Below, one piece after another: positions 54,464 through 63,151 of a stretch of DNA of 64,000 nucleotides (position 1 is its first letter; each line of letters opens with the position of its first letter). This DNA is from an uncultured Dehalococcoidales bacterium (lineage in GTDB: Bacteria; Chloroflexota; Dehalococcoidia; E44-bin15), in NCBI GenBank assembly GCA_964428725.1, contig CAYRYW010000003.1, positions 2,465 to 66,464 on the forward strand, given 5' to 3'. The notes below the pieces were generated by a model. It did not search any database and was not told the origin of the DNA. It was given only the letters and a program-made list of their open reading frames with translations. Made by a program: the position numbers and the translations under genes.

Positions 54464-55405
54464 TTATTTCTTCTTGGCAGCAGCATTCTTAGCCGCTGGT
54501 TTCTTAGCAGCAGCCTTCTTAGTCGCACCTGCCTTTTTAATCTCCGCAGGGCGCCAGTCCTGGTCCTTGTAGGTCTTGTCTCTGTCGGCATACATGCCCT
54601 TGCGGCCTTTAGTCTTGAGCTCCTTCATCAGGTTGAACTCGTTCTCCCCGAACTTGAGGTTGCTCAGGAGGGTGTGGGACAGGCTGGCCATGTCGTAGCC
54701 GGCGGAGAAGCCCATCATATCCATCGACATGAGGAAGTGCTTTTTGCCCATCACTATGCCGTCCAGTGGGCGCGTGGCGATGAGATTGGCGATCCTGGTG
54801 ACCTCATCGTCGAGCCTGTCATGTGGAACCACCTTGTTGACCAGGCCCATGTTGCAGGCCTCATCCGCCTTCAGCGGGTTGCCCAGGAGCATCATCTCCT
54901 TCACCTTGCGCCACCCGATCATGTAGACATACAGCGGTATCGGTCCCTCGATGCCGAGGTAGGTGTAGCCGGGGTGCGTGTAAATGGCGTTATCGCTGGA
55001 GATGGCCAGGTCGCAGGCGCACATGATCTCGAAATGCCCGCCGTAACAGTAGCCGTGCACCTGAGCGATGGTTACCTTGTCGCAGGTGAGTATCGCCTGC
55101 AGTATGCCGCGGCGGCCCCACCACTCGTCGACACCCCAGTAGCGCCGGCGCTGCGGAGGGCGCTTTGGCTCATCCAGGCCGCGTCTCGATCGAACCTGGT
55201 CGATATCGTACCCTGCGCCGAACGCTCGTCCTGAGCCCTTCATCACGACTACAGCCACGTTGTCGTCGCGGCTGGCGTCGTACAGGCGGGCGATAACCTC
55301 CTCCAGATCCGCCATCGGGACCAGCGCATGCAGCTTCTCCGGACGATTGAAGGTCAGGGTGGCTACCCTGGTCTTCTTGTTCACTTCATATTTGCAGTAA
55401 CTCAA
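54464..55405 (-). CDS. Enoyl-CoA hydratase/isomerase (crotonase) family protein with Lys/Ala-rich C-terminal tail
   Basis: TLTFNRPEKLHA, KGSGRAFGAGYD, AQVHGYC.GG..E......D. The last 30 aa are KKAGATKKAAAKKPAAKNAAAKKK. Confidence 0.85.
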   Translation of the reverse strand: MSYCKYEVNKKTRVATLTFNRPEKLHALVPMADLEEVIARLYDASRDDNVAVVVMKGSGRAFGAGYDIDQVRSRRGLDEPKRPPQRRRYWGVDEWWGRRGILQAILTCDKVTIAQVHGYCYGGHFEIMCACDLAISSDNAIYTHPGYTYLGIEGPIPLYVYMIGWRKVKEMMLLGNPLKADEACNMGLVNKVVPHDRLDDEVTRIANLIATRPLDGIVMGKKHFLMSMDMMGFSAGYDMASLSHTLLSNLKFGENEFNLMKELKTKGRKGMYADRDKTYKDQDWRPAEIKKAGATKKAAAKKPAAKNAAAKKK

Positions 55406-55442
55406 AACTCCATCTCCTTTCCATATTTAAAACGCTTTAGCG

Positions 55443-56789
55443 TTAAGGCCAGAACATTTTATTGGCCGTCGCCCTCAAGTCATCGCGGAAGTCGGGATGC
55501 GCCACGTTAATCAGGGCCTCCGCCTTCTCACGTATGCTGCGCCCCCTGAGCTCCGCGACGCCGAATTCCGTTACTATGCGGTCGGTGCAGTTCTTGTGTA
55601 TGGTGAAAGTCGTTCCTTCTGGCAGCGACGGCATGATCCGTGACACCCTGCCCTGGGGCGTATCCGCCGTCGATGGCAGCACCGTGATAGCGCGACCACC
55701 TTTCGAAAGGATGGCACCGAGCTGGAACGGCACCTGCCCGCCCGCGCCGCTGAACAGCTTGGGTCCCAGGCTCTCCGCCGTCGTCTGTCCCAGCAGGTCG
55801 ATGGCCAGCGCCTGGTTTATGGTGACCATGTTATCCATGGCGGCGATGGTGCGGATATCCTCCAGATAATCGACGTCCACCAGCTCGAACAGAGGGTTCA
55901 TGTGAACCCACTGCATCTCCTCGCGGGTGTCGCCACCGACTGAGGTTACCACAACTTTATTGGGACGAACCGTCTTACACTTCCCGTTGATGACACCCTC
56001 GCGTACCAGGCGGATGATGCCGGGTACGGTGGCCTCAGATTGGTAACCGATATCGTTCCTGCCATCGAGTATGCCCAGCTGCACCAGCGGCTCAGTCGCT
56101 CTGCCGACTCCTATTTGCAGACAGTCGCCGTCCTTTATGATCGAGCCCACGTGTCGGGCGATCTCCTTCTGGGCGCTGTCCACCTCTTTTCGGGATTTCT
56201 TGCCCAGAAGGCTGCCGCTGCCCATGGAGCTGCCGGACGACTGGTGCTCCACGAAAAAGTCGACCTCGGATATGTGAATGTAATTGTCACCATACGTGCG
56301 GATTAACCTGTCGTTCAACTCGGCGATGACCAGCCCGCCGCGGCCCCTGACATCCCTGACCTGGCGCCGCTTGTTCCACAGCGAGGCTCCGAAGCTGCAG
56401 AACCCCTTTTCGTCAGGTCCGGAGAGCTCGGTGAGCAGTATATCGAGCCCTTCCTTGAAATACTGCATATCGAAAGGGAACAGGGCACCGAAGGCGATAT
56501 CGCACCGTTTCTCCGACACCATCTGCTCGTTGATGCCCAGCGGGAAGGAGCAGGTTATCTTGAATGACTCGTCCCACCCGGGATCGTACCACCCGAAGTC
56601 ATAGCCCGGCGTTGGCACGTAGACCTGCACGTCCTTCAGCTCGCCCAGCCTGGCGGCTATGGCCAGGCCTACAGTGTATGCCTCCCTGCCTACGGTGAAG
56701 GCAATGCGGTCACCGGATTTGACTTTCTGGGCCGCCTCCTCCGCCGAGATCGTCTTTCGCTTTAAATCTTCCTGCCAGTCCGATTTCAA
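55443..56789 (-). CDS. Acetyl-CoA hydrolase/transferase family protein (4-hydroxybutyrate CoA-transferase-like), second copy
   Basis: S.EEAA..VKSGD.I, SGAGGQV.F..GA, HPDFR..L. TTG start 56789 with AAGGAGG 8 nt upstream. Confidence 0.85.
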   Translation of the reverse strand: MKSDWQEDLKRKTISAEEAAQKVKSGDRIAFTVGREAYTVGLAIAARLGELKDVQVYVPTPGYDFGWYDPGWDESFKITCSFPLGINEQMVSEKRCDIAFGALFPFDMQYFKEGLDILLTELSGPDEKGFCSFGASLWNKRRQVRDVRGRGGLVIAELNDRLIRTYGDNYIHISEVDFFVEHQSSGSSMGSGSLLGKKSRKEVDSAQKEIARHVGSIIKDGDCLQIGVGRATEPLVQLGILDGRNDIGYQSEATVPGIIRLVREGVINGKCKTVRPNKVVVTSVGGDTREEMQWVHMNPLFELVDVDYLEDIRTIAAMDNMVTINQALAIDLLGQTTAESLGPKLFSGAGGQVPFQLGAILSKGGRAITVLPSTADTPQGRVSRIMPSLPEGTTFTIHKNCTDRIVTEFGVAELRGRSIREKAEALINVAHPDFRDDLRATANKMFWP

Positions 56790-57013
56790 ATAGGGTACCT
56801 CCTTAATTGCAAGCCAAGCTAAATTATCCCGTCAGCAGAGGGGTTTGTCAAGGATAGAGCCCTGCGCTCAAACGTGTTCGCTGCTGCCAAATAGCTCTAA
56901 GAATGGCTATAATATGTTTGCACAAATCAGCCGTGCTATGGTATATTTTTAATCGGCACTTTGTGAAATATTCTAACAATATTAACAACAGTAAAGGAGG
57001 TTAACCTGACGAC

Positions 57014-57943
57014 ATGAGTGAGCATCTTAAAGGAAAGAATGCAGTCGTTACCGGCGCCGCCGGGGGGATCGGGCGGGAGGTATGCCTGGCGCTGGCGAGG
57101 GAGGGCGCTAATATAGTGGCCAACGATCTCGGTGCGGATAGAGGCGGATCCGGCGCTTCGGGGGCACCGGTGGACAAGGTGGTCGATGAGGTTAAAGAGA
57201 TCGGTGTCAAGGCTATAGCCAATTACGATTCGGTAGTCGACTTCAACGCTGCCGAGAAGCTGATAAAGGCCTGCGTGGAGGAGTTCGGCAAGTTGGATAT
57301 ACTGGTCAACTGCCACGGCAATCTGCGTGACAGGATGATCTGGAACATGAACGAGGAAGAGTGGGATTCGGTGATGTTCGTCCACCTCAAGGGGACGTTC
57401 AACACCTGCCGCCATGCCTGCGTGCTCATGCGCGAACAGAAGAGCGGCCGCATCATCAATGTAACCTCGGATGCGTGGCGGGGCACCATGGGACATGTCA
57501 ACTACGGGGCGGTCAAGGGAGGCGTCGTCAGCCTCACTCGCTCCATCGCACGCGAGTTGGGGCGCTACGGTGTGACATGCAACGCCTTCGCTCCCATAGC
57601 CGCGACGAGGATGACCATGAACGACGAGGTTATCAAGGGGACGTGGAAGAGGGTTGAGGCCGGCGTAATGACCAAGGAGCAGGCGGAGCAGATGCTGGCG
57701 ATGCCCGGCCCCGAACACATACCGCCCATCATCGTCTATCTGGCGACCGACCATTCCGCCAATGTCAACGGCCAGGTGTTCCATGCCGAGGCCGGCAGGG
57801 TGGGCATCTATTCTGAGCCGATAGAGGTAAGGGCTGTCTACAAGACGGAAGGCATTTTCACCACCGATGAGCTGATAAACGCTGTGCCCAAGACGCTGTT
57901 AACCGGGTATGTTAACCCTGCGCCTCCGCAGCCGGACAGGTAA
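57014..57943 (+). CDS. Short-chain dehydrogenase/reductase (SDR) family oxidoreductase
   Basis: TGAAGGIG Rossmann motif, NCHG, and Y....K (NYGAVKGG) catalytic motif. AAAGGAGG upstream. Confidence 0.88.
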   Translation: MSEHLKGKNAVVTGAAGGIGREVCLALAREGANIVANDLGADRGGSGASGAPVDKVVDEVKEIGVKAIANYDSVVDFNAAEKLIKACVEEFGKLDILVNCHGNLRDRMIWNMNEEEWDSVMFVHLKGTFNTCRHACVLMREQKSGRIINVTSDAWRGTMGHVNYGAVKGGVVSLTRSIARELGRYGVTCNAFAPIAATRMTMNDEVIKGTWKRVEAGVMTKEQAEQMLAMPGPEHIPPIIVYLATDHSANVNGQVFHAEAGRVGIYSEPIEVRAVYKTEGIFTTDELINAVPKTLLTGYVNPAPPQPDR

Positions 57944-57980
57944 TCGGTGAGCTGCGATATCACTATGAGATGAGGGTTAC

Positions 57981-59426
57981 ATGGCCGGAATAGTTTCGTA
58001 TGGTGGATATGTCCCTGTTTACCGCCTCAAGCGAGAAGAGATAGCGCGTGCCTGGGGGCGCGGTTCCAGCGGGGGGGAGCGGTCGGTCGCCAACTTCGAT
58101 GAGGACAGTGCCACAATGGCGGTGGAGGCGGTTGTCGACTGCCTCAGCGGATTCGAACGGGATTCTGTAGACTGCCTCTATTTGGCCACCACTACACCGC
58201 CTTATCGCGAGAAGCAAAGCGCAAGCCTTGTTGCCCAGGCCACCGATCTGCGCCGCCGTCTGCTGGCTGCGGACTACACCGACTCGCTCAGGTCGGCGAC
58301 CATAGCGCTGCATGCCGCCCTGAATGCGGTGGACAGCAGTGCGGCTAAACGCGTCATGGTAGCCGCCGCCGACATGCGGCTGGGGCAGCCGCAGTCGGGA
58401 AATGAGCAGGAATTCGGGGATGGAGCTGCTGCACTGCTGATCGGCAGCGAGGATATTATCTGCGAGGTCGAGGCAACTTACTTCCATGCAGACGACATGC
58501 TGGACACGTGGCGCACCGAGGGCGATGCGTTCACCAGGTCGTGGGAGGACCGGTTCGTCCTCGCTGAGGGTTACACCAGGAATATCTCCGAGGCGATAAA
58601 AGGTATCATGCAGCAGCAGGGATTGAAGCCGCAGGATATCTCAAAAGCGGTGTTCTATGCCCCGGACGCCCGGAGACATTCTGAGATAGCTCGTGCGATG
58701 GGGTTCGATGCCAAGACGCAGGTGCAGGATCCCATGTTCAGCGCGCTGGGCAATTGCGGGGCAGCATTCGCCTGCATGATGCTGGTCGCCGCACTGGAGG
58801 GGGCCAAACCTGGCGATCGGATACTTTTCGCCAGCTACGGTGACGGAGCCGACGCATTCATATTACGGGTAACGGACGGCATAACCTATCTGACTAAACG
58901 TCGCGGGGTGAGCGGCTATCTGGCATCCAAACAATACTTGAAGAGCTATGAAAAGTACGTGCGTTTCCGCAAGCTCATGCCGCTGGAATCGCAGGCGCGA
59001 GAGGGCGCTAACGCCTTCCCGCCGGTGGCATGGCGCGAGCGTGAGCAGCTCACCAGCCTGCACGGTTCGCGGTGCAATAACTGCAGGCGGACCTTCCACC
59101 CCATGCAGCGGGTGTGCATCTATTGCGGTGCAAAGGATGATTTCGCCAGCGTGCCGCTGTCCCACAAGAAAGGCATTCTCTACACTTACTGTATCGACAA
59201 TCTGGCGCTCAGTGACGATCCCCCTACCGTCGTGAGCAAGGTGCACTTGGAGGACGAGGCAGGGCCGGTCGGTGTCTACTGCCAGATGACCGATCGCGAC
59301 GTCGATAAGGTCGCGCCGGAGATGCCGGTGGAGATGACGTTCCGCAAGATGCACGACGCCGGCGGGATGCACACGTATTACTGGAAGTGCCGCCCGCTGC
59401 GGGAGACACAGGAAATCGAGGGTTAG
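57981..59426 (+). CDS. HMG-CoA synthase-like (thiolase-fold condensing enzyme) fused to a C-terminal DUF35 zinc-ribbon/OB-fold domain
   Basis: N-terminus GIVSYGGYVP.YRL...I..AWG resembles archaeal-type HMGCS. C-terminus GSRCNNCRRTFHPMQRVCIYCGA ... V.MTFRK is the DUF35 rubredoxin-like Zn ribbon plus OB fold. Confidence 0.75.
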   Translation: MAGIVSYGGYVPVYRLKREEIARAWGRGSSGGERSVANFDEDSATMAVEAVVDCLSGFERDSVDCLYLATTTPPYREKQSASLVAQATDLRRRLLAADYTDSLRSATIALHAALNAVDSSAAKRVMVAAADMRLGQPQSGNEQEFGDGAAALLIGSEDIICEVEATYFHADDMLDTWRTEGDAFTRSWEDRFVLAEGYTRNISEAIKGIMQQQGLKPQDISKAVFYAPDARRHSEIARAMGFDAKTQVQDPMFSALGNCGAAFACMMLVAALEGAKPGDRILFASYGDGADAFILRVTDGITYLTKRRGVSGYLASKQYLKSYEKYVRFRKLMPLESQAREGANAFPPVAWREREQLTSLHGSRCNNCRRTFHPMQRVCIYCGAKDDFASVPLSHKKGILYTYCIDNLALSDDPPTVVSKVHLEDEAGPVGVYCQMTDRDVDKVAPEMPVEMTFRKMHDAGGMHTYYWKCRPLRETQEIEG

Positions 59427-59429
59427 CCA

Positions 59430-60608
59430 ATGGGTAGCATAAAGGATAAGGTAGCCATCGTCGGCATGGGGTGCTGCCAGTTCGGCGAGAACTGGGACAG
59501 GGGTGCCGACGACATGATAATCGACGCGGTGTACGAGGCCTACGAGGACGCCGGCGTGGAGCGCAAGGATATTCAGGCGGCGTGGGTCGGCACCGCATTC
59601 TCCGGCATTGGGGGTATCAGCTTGGCCGGGCCTCTCAAGCTCGACCGCATACCGGTCACCCGGCTGGAGAACTTCTGCGCCACCGGCATGGAAACCATAC
59701 GCAATGCGTCCTATGCCATCGCTGCCGGCGTATACGATCTGGTATTATGCGTCGGCTTCGAGAAGCTTAAGGATAGTGGACTGGCAGGTCTTCCTGCTGG
59801 TTATATACACCCCGTTCTGGGGGTGAATGTGACAGCACCGGGCAGGTGGGCCATGGGCGCCACCAGGTATTTCCGCACCTACGGCATATCGCCGCAGGAG
59901 GGGCGCGAGACCCTAGCCCGGATCTCAGTCAAGAGCCATTACAACGGGGCGCGTCATCCCAAGGCGCACCTGCGCCGGGAGGTGACGCTGGAGCAGGCGC
60001 TTAATGCCCCCATCATCGCCTGGCCACTGGGGCTGTTCGATTGTTGCGGCAATACAGATGGGGCCGCCGCCGCTATACTGACACGGGCGGACCTGGCTAA
60101 AAAATTTCGCGACGACTATGTGCTGATCAAGGGTATCGGCTTGGCGATTGGCCCGGGTCTGGGCAAAGAGGACGCTGACTACGATTATATACACTTGCCT
60201 GAGACGCAGGCTGCCGCCGGTCAGGCGTACGCTGAGGCCGGGATAAAAAACCCGCGCAAGGAACTGGACATACTCGAGCTGCACGACTGCTTTACCATCA
60301 GCGAGCTGATGACGTTGGAGGCCATCGGCATCTGCAAGCAGGGGCGTGCCAAGGAGGATATCGATGCCGGCGTCTTCACGCTGAAGGGTGAACTGCCGGT
60401 GAATGCCGACGGCGGATTGAAATCGTTCGGGCATCCCATAGGTGCCAGTGGGCTGCGCGAGTGCTATGAGGTGTACAAGCAGGTTCAGGGCAAAGCCGAT
60501 CTGCCCGAGCGACAGATTAAGGATGTGAAGCTGGGATTGTCTCACAACCAGGGAGGGCATCCCGGCAGTCTCCTTCCGATCATAACAATCCTGGGTAAAG
60601 CTGGATAG
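59430..60608 (+). CDS. Thiolase, SCP-x/archaeal type (acetyl-CoA C-acyltransferase)
   Basis: V.IVGMG...FG, NFCATG (active-site Cys), HDCF and GHP.GASG motifs. 3 nt after the preceding gene. Confidence 0.88.
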   Translation: MGSIKDKVAIVGMGCCQFGENWDRGADDMIIDAVYEAYEDAGVERKDIQAAWVGTAFSGIGGISLAGPLKLDRIPVTRLENFCATGMETIRNASYAIAAGVYDLVLCVGFEKLKDSGLAGLPAGYIHPVLGVNVTAPGRWAMGATRYFRTYGISPQEGRETLARISVKSHYNGARHPKAHLRREVTLEQALNAPIIAWPLGLFDCCGNTDGAAAAILTRADLAKKFRDDYVLIKGIGLAIGPGLGKEDADYDYIHLPETQAAAGQAYAEAGIKNPRKELDILELHDCFTISELMTLEAIGICKQGRAKEDIDAGVFTLKGELPVNADGGLKSFGHPIGASGLRECYEVYKQVQGKADLPERQIKDVKLGLSHNQGGHPGSLLPIITILGKAG

Positions 60609-60613
60609 GATTA

Positions 60614-61822
60614 ATGACTGAGACCGCGCTTGGCGGAGTCAGAGTCCTCGAACTGTGTAAGCTGGTAGCCGGACCCTACTGCACCAAACTGCTGGCGGAC
60701 CTCGGAGCCGAGGTCGTCAAGGTCGAGCCCCCGGGCAGCGGTGACCCTGCGAGGCACCTGCCGCCGTTCTACCACGATGAACCCGATCCAGAAAAGAGCG
60801 GCCTGTTCCTCTACCTCAACACCAACAAGCTGGGCATCACCCTCGATGTCGCTACGGCAACGGGCAGGGAGATACTGCTCAGGCTTGCCAAAGATGTCGA
60901 TGTCATCGTCGAGGACAACGAGCCGGGATGGATGTCTCGGCACAGCATCGGGTATGACGACCTCAAGGCGATAAACCCCGGCATCATCATGGCCTCTATT
61001 GCCCCGTTCGGGCAGACGGGCCCGTATCGCGATTACAGGGCGCATCACCTGAACGTCTTTCACAGTGGGGGCGAGGGCTACCTGACGCCGGGCGGAATCG
61101 ATAATATGGAGCGCCCGCCGCTCAAGGTGGGCAACCTGGTAGGTGAGTACGACAGCGGGCTTAATGCCGCCATCGCCATACTCGGCGCCCTGTACCGGCG
61201 CAAGCGGTCGAAGCAGGGGCAGTATATCGATATCTCCAAACAGGAGTCGGTGATGTCCCTGAACCGGCTGGACCTGCCGCGCTGGGCCAATGAGGGTGAG
61301 ATCATCAACCGCTCAAAGCTGGGCGTCCCCTACGGCGGCGCTTTGCCCTGCAGGGATGGCTACACGGTGCTGGTCACGTGGGAGGGAGAGCAGTGGGACA
61401 GTCTGGTGGGATTCATGGGTGAGCCGGAATGGGCCCGCGACGAGAGATTCGGCAGCTACGCCAGCCGCTACCGCAACGGCGAGCTGATCAATGCCCTGCT
61501 CACCGAGTGGACGGTGAACCACAGCAAGGATGAGCTGTACCATGGTGGGCAGGCCGCCGGCGTACCGTTCGCCACGGCGGCTGACGCCAGGGACCTGGTC
61601 GAATCCGAGCAACTTAAGGCACGGGGGTTTTTCGTCGAAATCGATCACCCTAAGACCGGTAAAGTGAAATATCTCTCCGCCCCGTACGCCTTTTCCGAGA
61701 CCCCCTGGCGGGTGGAGCGGCCGGCGCCACTGCTGGGCCAGCACAACGAGGAGATATTCGTCGATCGCCTGGGGATTCTCCGGGAGGAGCTTTCCCGGAT
61801 GGGGATGGCCGGAGTGATCTAG
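60614..61822 (+). CDS. Family III CoA-transferase (CaiB/BaiF-like)
   Basis: L.G.RVLEL....AGPYC.K.LADLGAEV.KVEPP..GD and the central Asp-containing Y.D.S..E block. Confidence 0.88.
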   Translation: MTETALGGVRVLELCKLVAGPYCTKLLADLGAEVVKVEPPGSGDPARHLPPFYHDEPDPEKSGLFLYLNTNKLGITLDVATATGREILLRLAKDVDVIVEDNEPGWMSRHSIGYDDLKAINPGIIMASIAPFGQTGPYRDYRAHHLNVFHSGGEGYLTPGGIDNMERPPLKVGNLVGEYDSGLNAAIAILGALYRRKRSKQGQYIDISKQESVMSLNRLDLPRWANEGEIINRSKLGVPYGGALPCRDGYTVLVTWEGEQWDSLVGFMGEPEWARDERFGSYASRYRNGELINALLTEWTVNHSKDELYHGGQAAGVPFATAADARDLVESEQLKARGFFVEIDHPKTGKVKYLSAPYAFSETPWRVERPAPLLGQHNEEIFVDRLGILREELSRMGMAGVI

Positions 61823-61851
61823 GTCGATGGACATGGAGCTATAGGTCGATT

Positions 61852-63084
61852 ATGACGAAACGAGAAAAGGATAAAGTCGCGGGCTGCCTTGAGGGGGTGC
61901 GTATTCTGGATTTCACGCGCTACGCTGCGGGCCCGCAGATCACGCTCCTGCTGGGTTTCATGGGGGCGGAGGTTATCAAGGTAGAAAGCTTGATGGATAT
62001 CGACCACTTCCGCCGGGCGGAATCCGCCGTCGTCTTCGGCTCTGCCAGGGCGGCCGCTGACTGCTTCAACAGCCTGAACGTCAACAAGCTGAGCATCACG
62101 CTCAACCTCAAGACCGTCGAGGGTGTCGCGCTAGCCAAGCGGCTGGTGCGCATCTCAGATGTTGTGGTGGATAATTTCAAGGCGGGGATAATGGATCGTT
62201 TGGGACTGGGATATACGGTGCTCAGGGAGATCAAGCCTGACATAATCATGCTGTCAGCGTCCAGCCACGGCGCCACGGGCCCGGAGAGGGGCTACATCGG
62301 CTACGCTGTCACCATGGGAGCGCTGGGTGGGATGTCCGAGGTGACCGGTAACGAGGGTGGGCCGCCATCGGTGATACGCAGCAGCGCGGACTTCAGGCCA
62401 GGCACCGCTGCCGCGTTCGCCATACTTGCGGCGCTCAACTATCGCGAGGACACGGGCGAAGGGCAGTTCATCGATTTCTCTGCCAGGGAAGCCCTGAGTT
62501 GCCCAATAGGCGAGCTGATCATGGATTACACTATGAACGGCAGGGTGCGCACGCGTTGCGGGAACCGCGACGACATCATGGCGCCGCATAACTGCTACCG
62601 CTGCAGCGGCGAGGACAAATGGGTCAGCATAGCGGTCGCCACCGACGCGGAATGGCACGGCCTGTGCCGCGCTATGGATAAACCTGAGATGGCAAATGAC
62701 ATTCGTTTCGCCGACCAGCTCGAACGCTGGAAACACCAGGGGGAAATCGATCGTATTATCGAGGAATGGACTGTGAAACACACTCACTACAAGGTGACGG
62801 AGATGCTACAGCGGGAGGGGGTCGCCGCGTCGCCCTCGTTCAGCAATGAGGACATGTTCAACGATCCCCACTGCCGGGCTCGCGAGTGCTTCGTGCCGGT
62901 GGAGCACCCTGAGGAGGGCAGGATGTACGTCGTCGCCCCGCCGTGGAAGTTGTCGGATACGCCGGCACGGGCGGTTAAAGCGGCGCCGCTGCTCGGGGAG
63001 CACAACGGGTATGTGCTCGGCGAGTTGCTGGGCATGTCACAACAGGAGATATCGCGGCTGGGACAGGAGAATGTGTTATATTAA
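61852..63084 (+). CDS. Family III CoA-transferase (CaiB/BaiF-like), second copy
   Basis: L.GVRILDFT...AGP......GFMGAEVIKVES. A paralog adjacent to the first, suggesting a heteromeric pair. Confidence 0.88.
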   Translation: MTKREKDKVAGCLEGVRILDFTRYAAGPQITLLLGFMGAEVIKVESLMDIDHFRRAESAVVFGSARAAADCFNSLNVNKLSITLNLKTVEGVALAKRLVRISDVVVDNFKAGIMDRLGLGYTVLREIKPDIIMLSASSHGATGPERGYIGYAVTMGALGGMSEVTGNEGGPPSVIRSSADFRPGTAAAFAILAALNYREDTGEGQFIDFSAREALSCPIGELIMDYTMNGRVRTRCGNRDDIMAPHNCYRCSGEDKWVSIAVATDAEWHGLCRAMDKPEMANDIRFADQLERWKHQGEIDRIIEEWTVKHTHYKVTEMLQREGVAASPSFSNEDMFNDPHCRARECFVPVEHPEEGRMYVVAPPWKLSDTPARAVKAAPLLGEHNGYVLGELLGMSQQEISRLGQENVLY

Positions 63085-63151
63085 CGGTTGTCACGCATTC
63101 GCCATATACGATACAATAAATCGGTGTGATGCACTGTAGAAAGAAGGTCGG

